In this document: positions 44,044-63,784 of the stretch, piece after piece
Numbering within the stretch: the first letter of the stretch is position 1
Layout: every line of letters begins with the position of its first letter
Assembly (NCBI RefSeq): GCF_009914755.1
Contig: NC_060947.1
From: the human T2T-CHM13v2.0 reference genome, Homo sapiens
Reading direction: 5' to 3' (one strand)
DNA length: 64,000 nt
Made by a program: the position numbers and the translations under genes
Notes under the pieces: model-generated
Told to the model about the DNA's origin: nothing
Databases searched by the model: none
What the model saw: only the letters and a program-made list of their open reading frames with translations

Positions 44044-46009
44044 TTTTTTTTTTTTTTTTTTTACCTTTTTTTTTTATTTTTTATTTTTTATTGATCATTC
44101 TTGGGTGTTTCTCGCAGAGGGGGATTTGGCAGGGTCATAGGACAATAGTGGAGGGAAGGTCAGCAGATAAGCAAGTGAACAAAGGTCTCTGGTTTTCCTA
44201 GGCAGAGGACCCTGTGGCCTTCCTCAGTGTTTGTGTCCCTGGGTACTTGAGATTAGGGAGTGGTGATGATTGTTAACGAGCATGCTGCCTTCAAGCATCT
44301 GTTTAACAAAGCACATCTTGCACCGCCCTTAATCCATTCAACTCTGAGTGGACACAGCACATGTTTCAGAGAGCACAGGGTTGGGGGTAAGGTCACCGAT
44401 GAGCAGGATCCCAAGGCAGAAGAATTTTTCTTAGTACGGAACAAAATGAAAAGTCTCCCATGTCTACTTCTTTCTACACAGACACGGCAACCATCCGATT
44501 TCTCAATCTTTTCCCCACCTTTCCTCCCTTTCTATTCCACAAAACCGCCATTGTCATCCCGGCCCGTTCTCAATGAGCTGTTGGGTACACCTCCCAGAGG
44601 GGGTGGTGGCCGGGCAGAGGGGCTCCTCACATCCCAGTAGGGGCGGCCGGGCAGAGGCGCCCCTCACCTCCCGGACGGGGCGGCTGGCCGGGCGGGGGGC
44701 TGACCCGCCCACCTCCCTCCCGGACGGGGTGGCTGGCCAGGCAGAGGGGCTCCTCACTTCCCAGTAGGGGCGGCTGGGCAGAGGCACCCCTCACCTCCCG
44801 GACGGGGCGGCTGGCCGGGTGGGGGGCTGACCCCCCCCACCTCCCTCCTGGACGGGGCGGCTGGCCGGGCGGGGGGCTGACCCCCCCCACCTCCCTCCCG
44901 GACGGGGCGGCTGGCCGGGCAGAGGGGCTCCTCACTTCCCAGTAGGGGCGGCCGGGCAGAGGCGCCCCTCACCTCCCGGACCGGGCGGCTGGCTGGGCGG
45001 GGGGCTGACCCCCCCACCTCCCTCCCGGAGGGGCGGCTGGCTGAGCGGGGGGCTGACCCCCCCACCTCCCTCCTGGACGGGGCGGCTGGCCTGGCGGGGG
45101 CTGACCCCCACCTCCCTCCCGGATGGGGTGGCTGCCGGGCGGAGACGCTCCTCACTTCCCAGACGGGGTGGCTGCTGGGCGGAGGGGCTCCTCACTTCTC
45201 AGATGGGGCAGTTGCCGGGCGGAGGGTCTCCTCACTTCTCAGATGGGGCGGCCGGGCAGAGACGCTCCTCACCTCCCAGACGGGGTCGCGGCCGGGCAGA
45301 GGCGCTCCTCACATCCCAGACGGGGCGGCGGGGCAGAGGTGCTCCCCACATCTCAGACGATGGGCGGCCGGGCAGAGACGCTCCTCACTTCCTAGATGGG
45401 ATGGCGGCCGGGAAGAGGCGCTCCTCACTTCCTAGATGGGATGGCGGCCGGGCAGAGACGCTCCTCACTTTCCAGACTGGGCAGCCAGGCAGAGCGGCTC
45501 CTCACGTCCCAGACGATGGGCGGCCGGGCAGAGACACTCCTCACTTCCCAGACGGGGTGGCGGCCGGGCAGAGGCTGCAATCTCGGCACTTTGGGAGGCC
45601 AAGGCAGGCGGCTGGGAGGTGGAGGTTGTAGCGAGCCGCGATCACGCCACTGCACTCCAGCCTGGGCACCATTGAGCACTGAGTGAACCAGACTCCGTCT
45701 GCAAACCCGGCACCTCGGGAGGCCGAGGCTGGCAGATCACTCGCGGTTAGGAGCTGGAGACCAGCCCGGCCAACACAGCGAAACCCCGTCTCCACGAAAA
45801 AAGTATGAAAACCAGTCAGGTGTGGCAGCGCGCGCCTGCAATCGCAGGCACTCGGCAGGCTGAGGCAGGAGAATCAGGCAGGGAGGTTGCAGTGAGCCGA
45901 GATGGCAGCAGTACAGTCCAGCTTCGGCTCGGCATTAGAGGGAGACCGTGGAAAGAGAGGGAGAGGGGGACCGTGGGGAGAGGGAGAGGGAGAGGGAGAG
46001 GGAGAGAGC
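44044..46009 (-). mobile_element. Full-length SVA retrotransposon, antisense to ATP7A
   Basis: On the minus strand: (CCCTCT)n ~45976-46008, Alu-like ~45570-45940, GC-rich VNTR ~44590-45570, SINE-R ~44095-44590, AATAAA and poly-A; TSD AGGAACATTCTT at 44032-44043 and 46010-46021. Confidence 0.97.
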
Positions 46010-46535
46010 AGGAACATTCTTAAGACTGTCTCCAACTGCAGCATTGAACTCTTACTGTTCATTTTTTCAATAAATGTTTATTAGGTGCCTACTCTGTGCA
46101 AGTACTGCTCAAGCTGCTGGAATGACAGCAGTGAACCAGGTCTGTCATAATAGCTAACATTTACTGAATGCTTACTGTGTGCTTTACATGTATTAAGTTG
46201 TTGAATTCTCGAAACAACCCTCTGAAACAGATGATGTTATGATCTCTGTTTTACAGATAAGGAAACTGAGGCACAGAGATTAAATAGCTTGCCAAGGCCA
46301 CACAGCTAGCAAGCAGCAGAGATAGGAATCAAATCCAGACAGTCTTGCTCTTGAGTCTGTTTAAAAAAAACTGTAGAGACAGGGGTCTTGCTGTGTTACC
46401 CAGGCTGGACTGGAACTTGAGTCTGTTTTTAACCATTATGCCTCCCTGTTCTCATGGAGCTTATGTTCTGGAAGTGGGAGACTGACAGTAAATAAGTAAA
46501 CAAAGAAAATAGAGACCAAGTAGCAATAGGTGGTA

Positions 46536-47804
<1,269 letters not shown>

Positions 47805-47908
47805 TCTGATAACATATAAAACAAGGGATTGTGATACAGAGGGACTGGCAGAGGGTAGCATTAGTTGGGGTGGTCAATGTTTATGAGCACCAAGTGAGAT
47901 AAGTTATA

Positions 47909-48164
47909 GTTTTTTTTTTTTTTTTAAACAGCCTTACTCTGTTGCACAGGCTGGAGTGTAGTGGTGTGATCTAGTGTCAGCCCCCAGAGTAGCTGGGACT
48001 GCAGGTGTGCACCACCACACCTGGCTTTTTTTTGTGTGTGTGTCTTTTGTAAAGATGGCATTTTACCATGTTGCCCAGGCTGGTCTTGAACTACTGGGCT
48101 TGAGCAATCCCCCTGCGTTGGCCTCCCAAATGCGGGATTACAGGCATGAGCCACCACGCTTGGC
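47909..48164 (-). mobile_element. Internally deleted Alu
   Basis: Antisense Alu with missing middle segment. Confidence 0.8.
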
Positions 48165-49734
48165 TGAGTTCTTTAAGAATTAATTACTTAGAGTATTGCT
48201 GTCTCTGCAGATTTGCAAAATGCCCTTTCTATGATTTGATTTATAATGCTACTCCCACACGTTTTAATATTACTAATAAAAAGCAGGAATAGTTCATGTG
48301 CACTGGTGTCTTACTGTGTATGAGGGACTATACTAAGCAATTTATATAGATTGTTTCATTTTATGCTCATAGCAATGCTATAACAATTCTTTTCTTTTTC
48401 AGTCATGGAAAACTAAAGCTTAAGGAGACAAGTGACAGGCCCAGGGCTTTAAATTTAGCAAGTGGCAGAGCCAGGATTTGAACAGAGGTAGCCTGATTCC
48501 AGAACCACTGCTGTTAAATACTTAACTATTTTATTGATGAAGTGATATGTGCAAGGTAATTCTTTTTATAAAAAATAGCTGACTTTTATAGAGATTTAAA
48601 ATATTGTAAGCATTACTGGGTCTTCACAGTAACAGTGAAGCTTACCTATATTTTGGAGGCTTCAAGACAGGACATAAACAATACATTTTGAGTAAAGAAG
48701 CTTCTAGGGTTGTATGATTTTATCACCCCAAATTAGCAATTTTGTTCATATGAACTAAGATGCGTAAGATTCTTTAGCACAAAGCCAGAGCCAGGATTTG
48801 ACACCAGGCCAGTTGACTTAAGATGTAGAGCTGTTACCCATTCCACTGCAGAGTAAATGATAACATGTAGCTTATCTTTGTTCAAGGTACTGTGGGAAGC
48901 CAATCTAGTGAAATTACATTTTAACAGTCCCCAAGGAATGTTTGTTAAATAATTTTTAGTTTTTTAAAACTTTTAAATTTCTCAAAACAAAAGCTGAGTG
49001 AAGACAGTTTTATTTTACAGACTTGGAGACAGTATGGAGCAGTGGCCCAGAGTGAGAGTTCTTGGGTCAGATTGTCTGGTGGCTTACGCTAATTTTCACT
49101 TCTTGATTTAACTGATTCAAGTATTAATATAATTTTGAACAGGCAACCTTGCCCTCCAAGTCTTAGTTCCCTTAATTGTGAAAGAAGCTAATATAGTATC
49201 TTCCTCATAGGATAAGTATGAGGACTAAATGAGACAACCTCTCTACAAAGTGCAAGGCATGGTGCCTTTTGGCCAGCCATCTCTTCTCTTGGAAATGGAC
49301 CCCTCATTCATCATTCATGAATCCAAAGTGAAGTTTTGGCTCCATTGCCTTGGTTTTATCAGTGCCTGAAGTATTCTTCTGACAAATAGTGTGCATGAAC
49401 TTAGAGTATAGACTTTCCTGACATATTTTTGTTGCTCACTTTCAAGTTTTAAAAACTTACAGTAAAATACACATACCATAAAATTTACCATTTAAACCAT
49501 GTTTAACTATACCAGTTCTATGGCATTAAGTATAGCCATACTGTTGTGCAACCATCACTACCATCCACCTCCAGAACTTTCTTCATCTTCCCAAACTGAA
49601 ACTCTATACCCATTAAACAACACTAGTGGCAGTTTTTGCTTATTATTCTTAGCTTTGTGACCAAGGCTGCTAGTTAGGAGAAATGTTACTCTGTTTGTAC
49701 AAAGAAAGACTTTGAAAGAAATGTGATTAGAAAT

Positions 49735-50920
49735 CTATATTATCCCAAAAGCATAATCCATAAATGAAAAAATGGATATACTGGACTTAATTAAAATGAA
49801 AGCTTTTGCTCTGTGAAAGAAAGTGAAAAGACAAGCCATAAACTAGGAGAAGATATTTTAAATCAAATTTTTGTTTAAGAGATGCAGTCTGTGTTCTCCA
49901 GGCTGGACTTGAACTCCTGGCCTCAAGCCATCCTCTTACCACAGCCTCCTGAATAGCTGGGACTACAAGTATGTGCCACTGTGCCCAGCTGCAAATCACA
50001 TTTTTGACAAAGACTTGTATCCATAATAAACTTTTAAAAGCCTCCAAATTTAACAATGAGGAAACAACCAAATAACAAAATGGGTAAAAGATGTGAATAG
50101 GCACTTCACCTAGAAGATATGAAAATAGCAAATAAAGGAAATGCAGATTAGGCAGATGAAAATTAAAACCAAAATAACAATTATAACAAATGTACCACTC
50201 TGGTATGTGATGTTGCTAACGAGGGAGGTTGTATGTATATGGTGGTAGGAGGTATTTGTGAAATCTCTGTACTTTCTGCCCAATTTTGTTGTGATCCTAA
50301 ACATCATCTATAAATAAAATTAAAGTGAGATACCACTGTACACTTAAAGCGGAAATACCAGTTGTTGGCAAGTGTGCAGAGCAACTGGAACTTTTATACG
50401 TTTCTGATGGGAATACAAAATGATACTGCCACTTTGGAAAACAGTTTGCCAGCAGTTTCTTATGAAATTAAACCTGTATCTCCAATATGACTCAGCAATC
50501 CTACTTCTAGATATCTCTCCAAGAGAAATGAAAACCTGTGTTTACACAAAAACCTGTATATCAATGTTTATAGTAGCATTGTTCAGCATTAGTCACTAAA
50601 AATTGGAAACAACCCAGTTCTTTCAACTGGTGAAAAAGATGAATAGATTGTTGTATTTTTATACCATGGAATATACTCCTTGATTCGTGCAATAACAGAT
50701 TAATCTTAAAATGCATTTTGCTAGGTGAAAGACACCAGATACAAAAGGCTATGTATCATTTCATTTATCCACTTATATGAATAATCATTCCATTTATATA
50801 AAAATCTGAAAAAGCAAAACTATAGGGAGGAAAACAGTGGATGCCAGGGTTTGGGGGTATAGGGAAGTATTGGTTATAAAATAAAGGCATGGCATGAGGG
50901 ATTTTGGAGGTGATGGGATG
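49735..50920 (+). mobile_element. Old L1M (ORF2 end and 3'UTR) with an Alu monomer at ~49868-49990
   Basis: AAAAGACAAGCCATAAACTAGGAGAAGATATTT; CACTTTGGAAAACAGTTTG; GACTCAGCAATCCTACTTCTAG. Confidence 0.75.
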
Positions 50921-50921
50921 G

Positions 50922-50922
<1 letters not shown>

Positions 50923-50967
<45 letters not shown>

Positions 50968-50984
50968 TACACACACACACACAC
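50923..50984 (+). repeat. Compound (TC)n(AC)n microsatellite
   Basis: About 11 TC units followed by about 20 AC units with one AT interruption. Confidence 0.95.
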
Positions 50985-52068
50985 CCCACTACCCCTCTCT
51001 CTCTCGCCAATTGTCACCAAATTGATGGGCATGTTGTCAGTGTTAATATTTGGTCTGGTGTACTAATTACCACCCCTCCCAAAATCTATATTATCAGCTT
51101 GGTAGCATATATAGTACAATTTCATTAAAGAAAATAAATGATGATTTATTAACTAATATGTCACATGAAAAGTCATAGAATGTGTATTTTAGTTTAAAAA
51201 TATGGGTATGGATATACACACACACATTTATTTATCGTAAGCGTCTTACTTTACTGGAATTTGCTGGTTATACCAGATAAACTTTTTCCACTGCTTGAGC
51301 TTTCAGTAGACCATTGTGCAAGTTAATGATAAATTTCGTGAGCATAACACCTACTTAAGTTTCTCAGAATCTGTTACAGAAAAGCATTTATCTTGCGGTT
51401 CAGGCAGCCTGGGATGGAAGGTAAATGCTTTCTTTTTATAAGTATCCTGAAATTTCAAGTGTAATAGGGAACAAGATATTAACATAAATTTTCAAAAGGC
51501 CTCATTCAGTTCTAGTTCCTTTTTTTTCTTTACAAACTTAAATCTCTTCATAACCATCAGATGCCATACCACCCTTGTGAAACAGTCTGCTAGAACTAGA
51601 CATGTCTCAGGATTCTTAGAGGACTGGGGTAACCAAAGTGGGATTTGAACTTGTTTGAGGAATATACATGGGTAGTGAGCTGAACCTTTTAATTCCTAGA
51701 ATTTATGGGTTTAACACTACAAGGGTTGTCACCCTGTTTATTTCTGTAAATAATTAAGGCATGTTTATTGTAGAAAACTTCACAATGCACAGCACAGATT
51801 ATAAGAGTACTACCAGGATTATTACTCCTAAGATAACTGTTTATTTAGTTTTCCAAACTTTGCTACGTAGGTATATACATGTGTGTCTGTCCATGTCTCC
51901 TTTTAAAAACAACAAAAAAACCTCATTTTAATATTCAATATATTATTGACTGTCTTTGTATGTGAGAAAATTTAAATATAATAGTTGTGTATTCTACTGA
52001 ATATATGGAATATTATTTATTTTACCAATTCCCATTTTATTAGTCTTTTAACTTATATCCACTTATTT

Positions 52069-52364
<296 letters not shown>

Positions 52365-52769
52365 AGTACATATATCCACTTATTTTTGCTCTGATGAATA
52401 TTCCTATATTAGTATCTTTGAGTATCTTTCCATTATCCCTCCATTTATTTCCTTAGGATATATTCCTGAAAGCAGTATGGCCGGGTCAGAGAGTGGCACT
52501 TTTTAAAAACTTATTTTTTATTATCAAAGTAGTATATATGCTCATAGTAATGAGAAGACACAAGGTGCAAAAAGGTACAAGGTAAACAGAAAATGCTCTG
52601 ACTTAACAGTTCCCCTCTCAGAGGAACTGTAAAATAAACAGATATACATTTACATTAATTTATACATTCTATAGAAAATTCATGTGTGTTAGATGATATA
52701 TTTGTTTTCTTGAAACATCCACTCTAATTACAGAGTTTACTAAGGTTACAGAGTTAATATAGAGAGGTA

Positions 52770-54690
52770 TTAGAGAGTTTAATAAGGTTGGCAGTTAAAT
52801 ATATCAAAATTATGCAGTTATACAATTATATCACATATACACCAACAATAATCATCTAGACAATATAATGAAAAAAGCTCTTATTCGTATATATCTTCTT
52901 ATTAAGTTTATTCCTTAGTATTTTTTTTTGTTTTTTGGGGGGGACCCCCCAAAAACAAAAAAATACTAAGGAATAAATTTAAGAAATGTGCAGTAAGATT
53001 CAATATTGTAAAAAGAGGTTAACTCTATTTAAGTTAGTCTATAAATTTAAGAGATTTTGATGGAGGGAGGATCTGACACAATGATGTTAAGGTTCATATG
53101 AAAGAGTAAATATTTGAAAACACACAGAGAAATTCTGAAAAAGAAGGATGACAAGGGGGATGTGCCTTATTAGACAAAAAAATGCATTAAAATGTACAAC
53201 AATTTTAAAAAGTAACATTGTACCTAATATATTGTACACTTAAATATGTGTTAAGAGGGTAACTCTCATGGTAAGTGTTTTTACTCCAATAAATAAAATT
53301 TTAAAGAATTTCTTCATCCCCCCTCCAAAAGTACTGGCACCAAAATAGAATAACAAATCAATGCAAGAAAACATCCAGAAAGAGACCCCCAAATAAAAAT
53401 TTAGTATACTGTATATTTAATAGTGGTAGCTTTTCAGGTAGATGAGGAAAGAGTGGCTTACTTAACAAATGGCATTGGGACAATCAGTTAATGATTTTGA
53501 AGAAAAAAAGTTAGTTTCTTATGTTATATACTTAAACTAAAATAAATTCTAGATGAGTTAAGGATGTAAATGTAAAGTACAAAAGGTACTAGAAGAGAGT
53601 GTAAGTTGAGGTAAGGAAGGCCTTCCAAAGCCTGACACCAAAGGCATGGTACTTAAAAATTAAAAAACCCCACAAACAGATAAAAGATAAACAAGAAACT
53701 TAAAAAAGACTAACAATATGTGACAGGTAAATGATGAATATCTTTAATATGCAAAGATCTCTTACCTATCTGTAACAAAAAAGGTAAACACCCAAAATAA
53801 AAATGCACAATGGAAGTAAACAGGCAGTTCACAAATGAAGAATACAAATGGTCAAAAAATCTCACAAAGTTATTGGAGATAAAAAACAGATGATCATTTT
53901 TCACATAACAGATTGACAAAGCTTAAAAAGAATTTTCATAGTACCTGATAAAAGTGTGGCTAGACACTTTCCTATACTGCTAGTGTAAGTGTGAAATGAT
54001 ATCTTTCCAGAGGGTAATTTACAGTATGTATCACAAGCCTTAAGAAGTACTATTTATATTTAGAACATGTGGAAAAATAAAAAATAAATAAGTACTATTT
54101 ATATATGTTGTTAGTGGGTATATAAATTGATACAGTTTTTCTGGAGGGCAGTTTGGAACTATTTATCAAAGTTTAGAATGTACATGCCCTTTGTCCTAGC
54201 AATAACACTTCCAGGAATTTTATCTAAAAGATATGCTCATGAAGATGTATATACAAGGATATTCATTGAAGCAGGGTTTATAATAGCACAAAACTGAAAA
54301 CAACCTAAATGTTAATCAAAAAGGAACTAATTAAATAAAATATAGCATATCCACATAAGGGAATATTACAACCATTTTATAAAATGGTACGTTTATCTAT
54401 CTTCTTTGGGGATAGTTCAGTTTTGTTTTTTATTGTGGAGGTCTATATGTCCTTAAAATTTTTTTTTCTTTTTAATAATTAGAGATGAGGTCTCACTATG
54501 TTGCCCAGGCTGGTCTTGAACTCCTGGCCTCAAGTGATCCTTGGCTTCTCAAAGTGCTGCGATTACAGGCATGAGTCACTGCACCTGGCAGGAGGTTTAT
54601 ATGTCTTGATACAAGGTGTAAAAGATATGTTAAATGGAAAATGCAAGGTGCAAAATAGTACATATAGTATGATCCCATGTGTGTAAAGAA
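52770..54690 (+). mobile_element. Degenerate L1M(E) ORF2/3' region
   Basis: AATACTAAGGAATAAATTTAAG, CAGGCAGTTCACAAATGAAGAATACAAATGG, AACTGAAAACAACCTAAATGT. Confidence 0.7.
52896..52985. repeat. Near-perfect inverted repeat (palindrome)
   Basis: TTTATTCCTTAGTA-T9-G-T6-G7 / A / C6-A5-C-A7-TACTAAGGAATAAA; core 52907-52977. Confidence 0.93.
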
Positions 54691-55494
54691 GAAAAAATAG
54701 GGAAGATGGGCATTACAGAGGCTTTAAAATGCACTGGGAATAATAAAGTTTTCATTTTTATCTTTAGAGTATAGTTCATGAGTGAATTCTTTTCCATTTT
54801 TTTTCCCAGTTATCTTAAAAGCTCTGTTGATTGTGGATCTGAGAACTAACATCACATGTTATAAAATCCAAATAGAAAATATATTTAAATTATTAGACAA
54901 TTTAAAGCTTATGAGAACATAAGAATAAAATTACTGCATTCCTTTGCTTATTAATTAAGTATATCACACTAACAGAATTTATTTCTGTGGGAACAATGTT
55001 AACTCATAGGACCCAGATGGAAATGATATGCCAGGGTAGAGATTCAGATCTTTGAGCCTTTTGAGTAGATTTTTCTCAGAAAAAGAAAGATGTTCTCTCA
55101 GGTTTACTATTTTTAGGCAGATTGAGATGACCATATTGTCTTAGTTATCCAGGCAGTCTGACCTCTAAGACCTCTAACGTTATTTTGCCCAATGCAGATT
55201 GATTGGTATTTGTTGTTGTTGGATTGAGTCTAAAAAAGAATATTTTCTCAACTCCAAACCATCATATTATCTTCTAATATCAAAATCTTCATTTAACATA
55301 CTAACCTCTGTAATTGCTCATCCATGGGGTTTTAATGTAACTTACCCATGTCTTGTTCCTAATTTGATAAATTTTCTATATTACTAGTTTTGGAGTAGAA
55401 GATTTAATTCAAATGTTACAAATTCCTTTGTCCTAAATCTATCCCCAAAGTCAGAACAGGACATGCTGTTTTCCTCAACCAGTTTAGGAACTCC

Positions 55495-59377
<3,883 letters not shown>

Positions 59378-59749
59378 TTCCATTTCCTTTTTTATATCCA
59401 TTCTAAAAATAAGCATATGATGAGCCAAGAACATCCACTAATGACCAGTTGTTACATCCTTTTATCTTGATCCCTTTGAACTCATTCCAAGTTATTGTAC
59501 TAACCTATTAAGCTGATTGTTCATGAAATAGAAATCAAAGCCAATTATTTCACATTTAAAGTATATATAACAACCAGTTCTTGCCAGAAAATCAGAAGAG
59601 AGGGCAAAGTCAAGAAAAATTATAAAAATACATTACAAATGAAATAAAATAACAAGGAAATGACTGACAATGAAATGTATCTTTCCATTTATTCATAGTT
59701 AATTTTGATTCTTCAATTCTTCATTGAAATTTCTGAAATATAAAAAATA

Positions 59750-60502
59750 AGTGTATTACCACTTCACATCCACTAGGATGGCTATTACTAAAAAAAAAAA
59801 AAAAAAAAAACCTCAGAAAATATCAAGTGTTGGCGAGAAACTGGAACTCTTGTGCATTGTTGATAAAATGTAAAATGGTCCAGTCATGGTGGAAAACAGT
59901 ATGGTGGTTCCTAAAAATATTAAATATAGAATTACCACATGATCTAGCAGCTCCACTTCTGGACGTATACCCAAAACAATTTGAAGTAGGGATTTCAACA
60001 GATATTTGTATACCAGTGTTCATTGCAGCATTATTCATAGTAGCCCAAAGGTGGTAGCAGCCCAAATGTCCATCAACAGATGAATGAATAAACACAATGT
60101 GGTATGAATATGTATATATGATATAATAGAACATTAGCTTTAAAAAGGAATTAAATTCTGACACATGATACTACATGGGTGAACTTTGAATGTGTTATGC
60201 TAAATGAAATAAGCCAGCCACAATAGGACAAATATTATATGAGTTTACTTATGTGGAGTACCTAGAGTAGTTAAAATCATAGAGATATAAAGTAGTACCG
60301 TGGTTACCAGGGTCTGAAGGGGAGGGAGAATAGGGAGTTATTTTTTAATAGGTACAAAATTTGAATTTGGGAAGATGAAAAAGTTCTGAAGACAGATGGT
60401 GGCGATGGTTGCACAACAATATGCATGTACTTAATTCCACTAAATTTTACATATAAAAATGGTTAAAATGGTAAATTTTATGTTATTGTGTATTTTACCA
60501 CA
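59750..60502 (+). mobile_element. L1MB-type 3' end
   Basis: TACCACTTCACATCCACTAGGATGGCTA; CCCAAATGTCCATCAACAGATGAATG; GATGGTGGCGATGGTTGCACAACAAT. Confidence 0.85.
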
Positions 60503-62253
<1,751 letters not shown>

Positions 62254-62904
62254 TTATTCTCCAATATTTATATGTAGGGCCACAACCTTTTCTTTGCATG
62301 TGGGTCCTTTGGAATTCTTCCTTTCCTTCCCTGTATAAACCACACCCATAATGCTTCATTCCAGATTTCTATCTCCTAGTTTGGTTTTATTAAAATAGAG
62401 AACAAATTTAAGAGATGAGAGTTCTTTTAGGTTTTTATTATTACCCCCCAATCTCTTAAAGTCGCTTCACGTACAGCTATTTTAGCAGTAACTTTGCTAC
62501 TCACCTTATTGAACATTCCTAATGCATTCAACTTTGTTTTCATAGAAAGAACAACTCTCCTTTTTGCTGTTATTTAATCAACGTACATAATATTTAATTA
62601 AATCACTTGGCCATGAGAAGTTCAGTGGACATAAACAGCTTGAGGGCAAACACAGCTGAATTTCTATATGCCAACAATTCTACTGGTGGGAACAAGGAGT
62701 GTGCATCTAAGTACTAAGCATGCTATGGGCATCTGAATATTTTAGTGATAGAAAAGAGACCATCAGTTAACCCATTGGAGGTTGGTTAAGATAAATTTTT
62801 GCAGGGTAAAATTTGCTTTTTCTTAATGTATCCTAACATTTTTCTTGTATGAAAATAGAGATCTACATCATTGTTTTTAAGGGACACATGGTATTTATTA
62901 TACA

Positions 62905-63470
62905 TGCATTAGGCTGGGTTCTTACTTGAAGACAACATAAAGCAGTTCTGACTCGCTTAACCAGAAACGGAATTTATTGGTTAGGCTATTTGGATTGTTT
63001 ATAGAGACAACAGAAGTCAATCAGAGTCAACCAGGCTTGGAAAATAGGTAGGAACACAATGAGACTAAAACAGGCCAAGGACATGCCCCAGGAAGTCTAG
63101 TGAGGACCTCTTCACTGGCACTGGCTTTCTCAGGACTTTTGCCAGGGCCACTTCTGGCATCTTGACTGTATTGCTGCCTGTGCTGAGAATTATCTTCATC
63201 TGTCCTTGTGTATTCATGTCACTTTCTCATGATTCAAAATCCTGGGCAGAAGTGTCTGACTAGCCAAGTCTAGAATCATTTAGAAGCATCTCAGCTTCAA
63301 GGGGACAGGGAAAAGGAATATCTGTCTCCTCCCTTCTCCCTTCCTCCCACAACACACATGCTTTGGCTTTAATAATGGGAGCCAGGGTTGTACTGTTTAT
63401 TTCTAAGACGCTTGCGGTGGGGGCATTTTCTTGGCATGGGATGTGTGTTTGAATGCTGGGTAGCCAAAAA
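62905..63470. mobile_element. Probable MaLR (MLT1-type) solo LTR
   Basis: TTAACCAGAAACGGAATTTATTGG and TCAAAATCCTGGGCAGAAGTGTCTGACTAGCCAAG resemble MLT1 LTRs; by eye only. Confidence 0.45.
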
Positions 63471-63784
63471 TATGACAAGTGTTACACTGTGATGCACTAG
63501 AGTTTATTTAATTAATATCCTATTATAAAAAATTTAGATCGTTTCCAGTTTTGTTCTGTTTTAAGCCACATAGTAATGGACACATGTGAGCAATCTACTG
63601 GGGGAATGAGGTATCTTAGCTGTTTTAATTAATTATTTTAATTTTTAATTTTAGCTGTTTTAATTTAGATTTTAAAAGTTATTAGTGAGGTGCAGTAACT
63701 TCATGTGTATTGGCATTTTGGTTTTCTTATTTTGTCAATTGTCTGGCATATATATTTTTTGAGATATAATTTAACATACCATAA

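Noticed and set aside
44253-46084. Cluster of overlapping Pro/Gly/Arg-rich ORFs
   Set aside because: These are stop-poor frames of the GC-rich SVA VNTR and Alu-like region; SVA is non-coding.
46245-46300. Second MIR with an acceptor-like TTTTACAG at the position equivalent to the 36055 exon
   Set aside because: It has ATA instead of ATG and the donor position reads AAG|GCCAC (GC, weak), so nothing supports exonisation.
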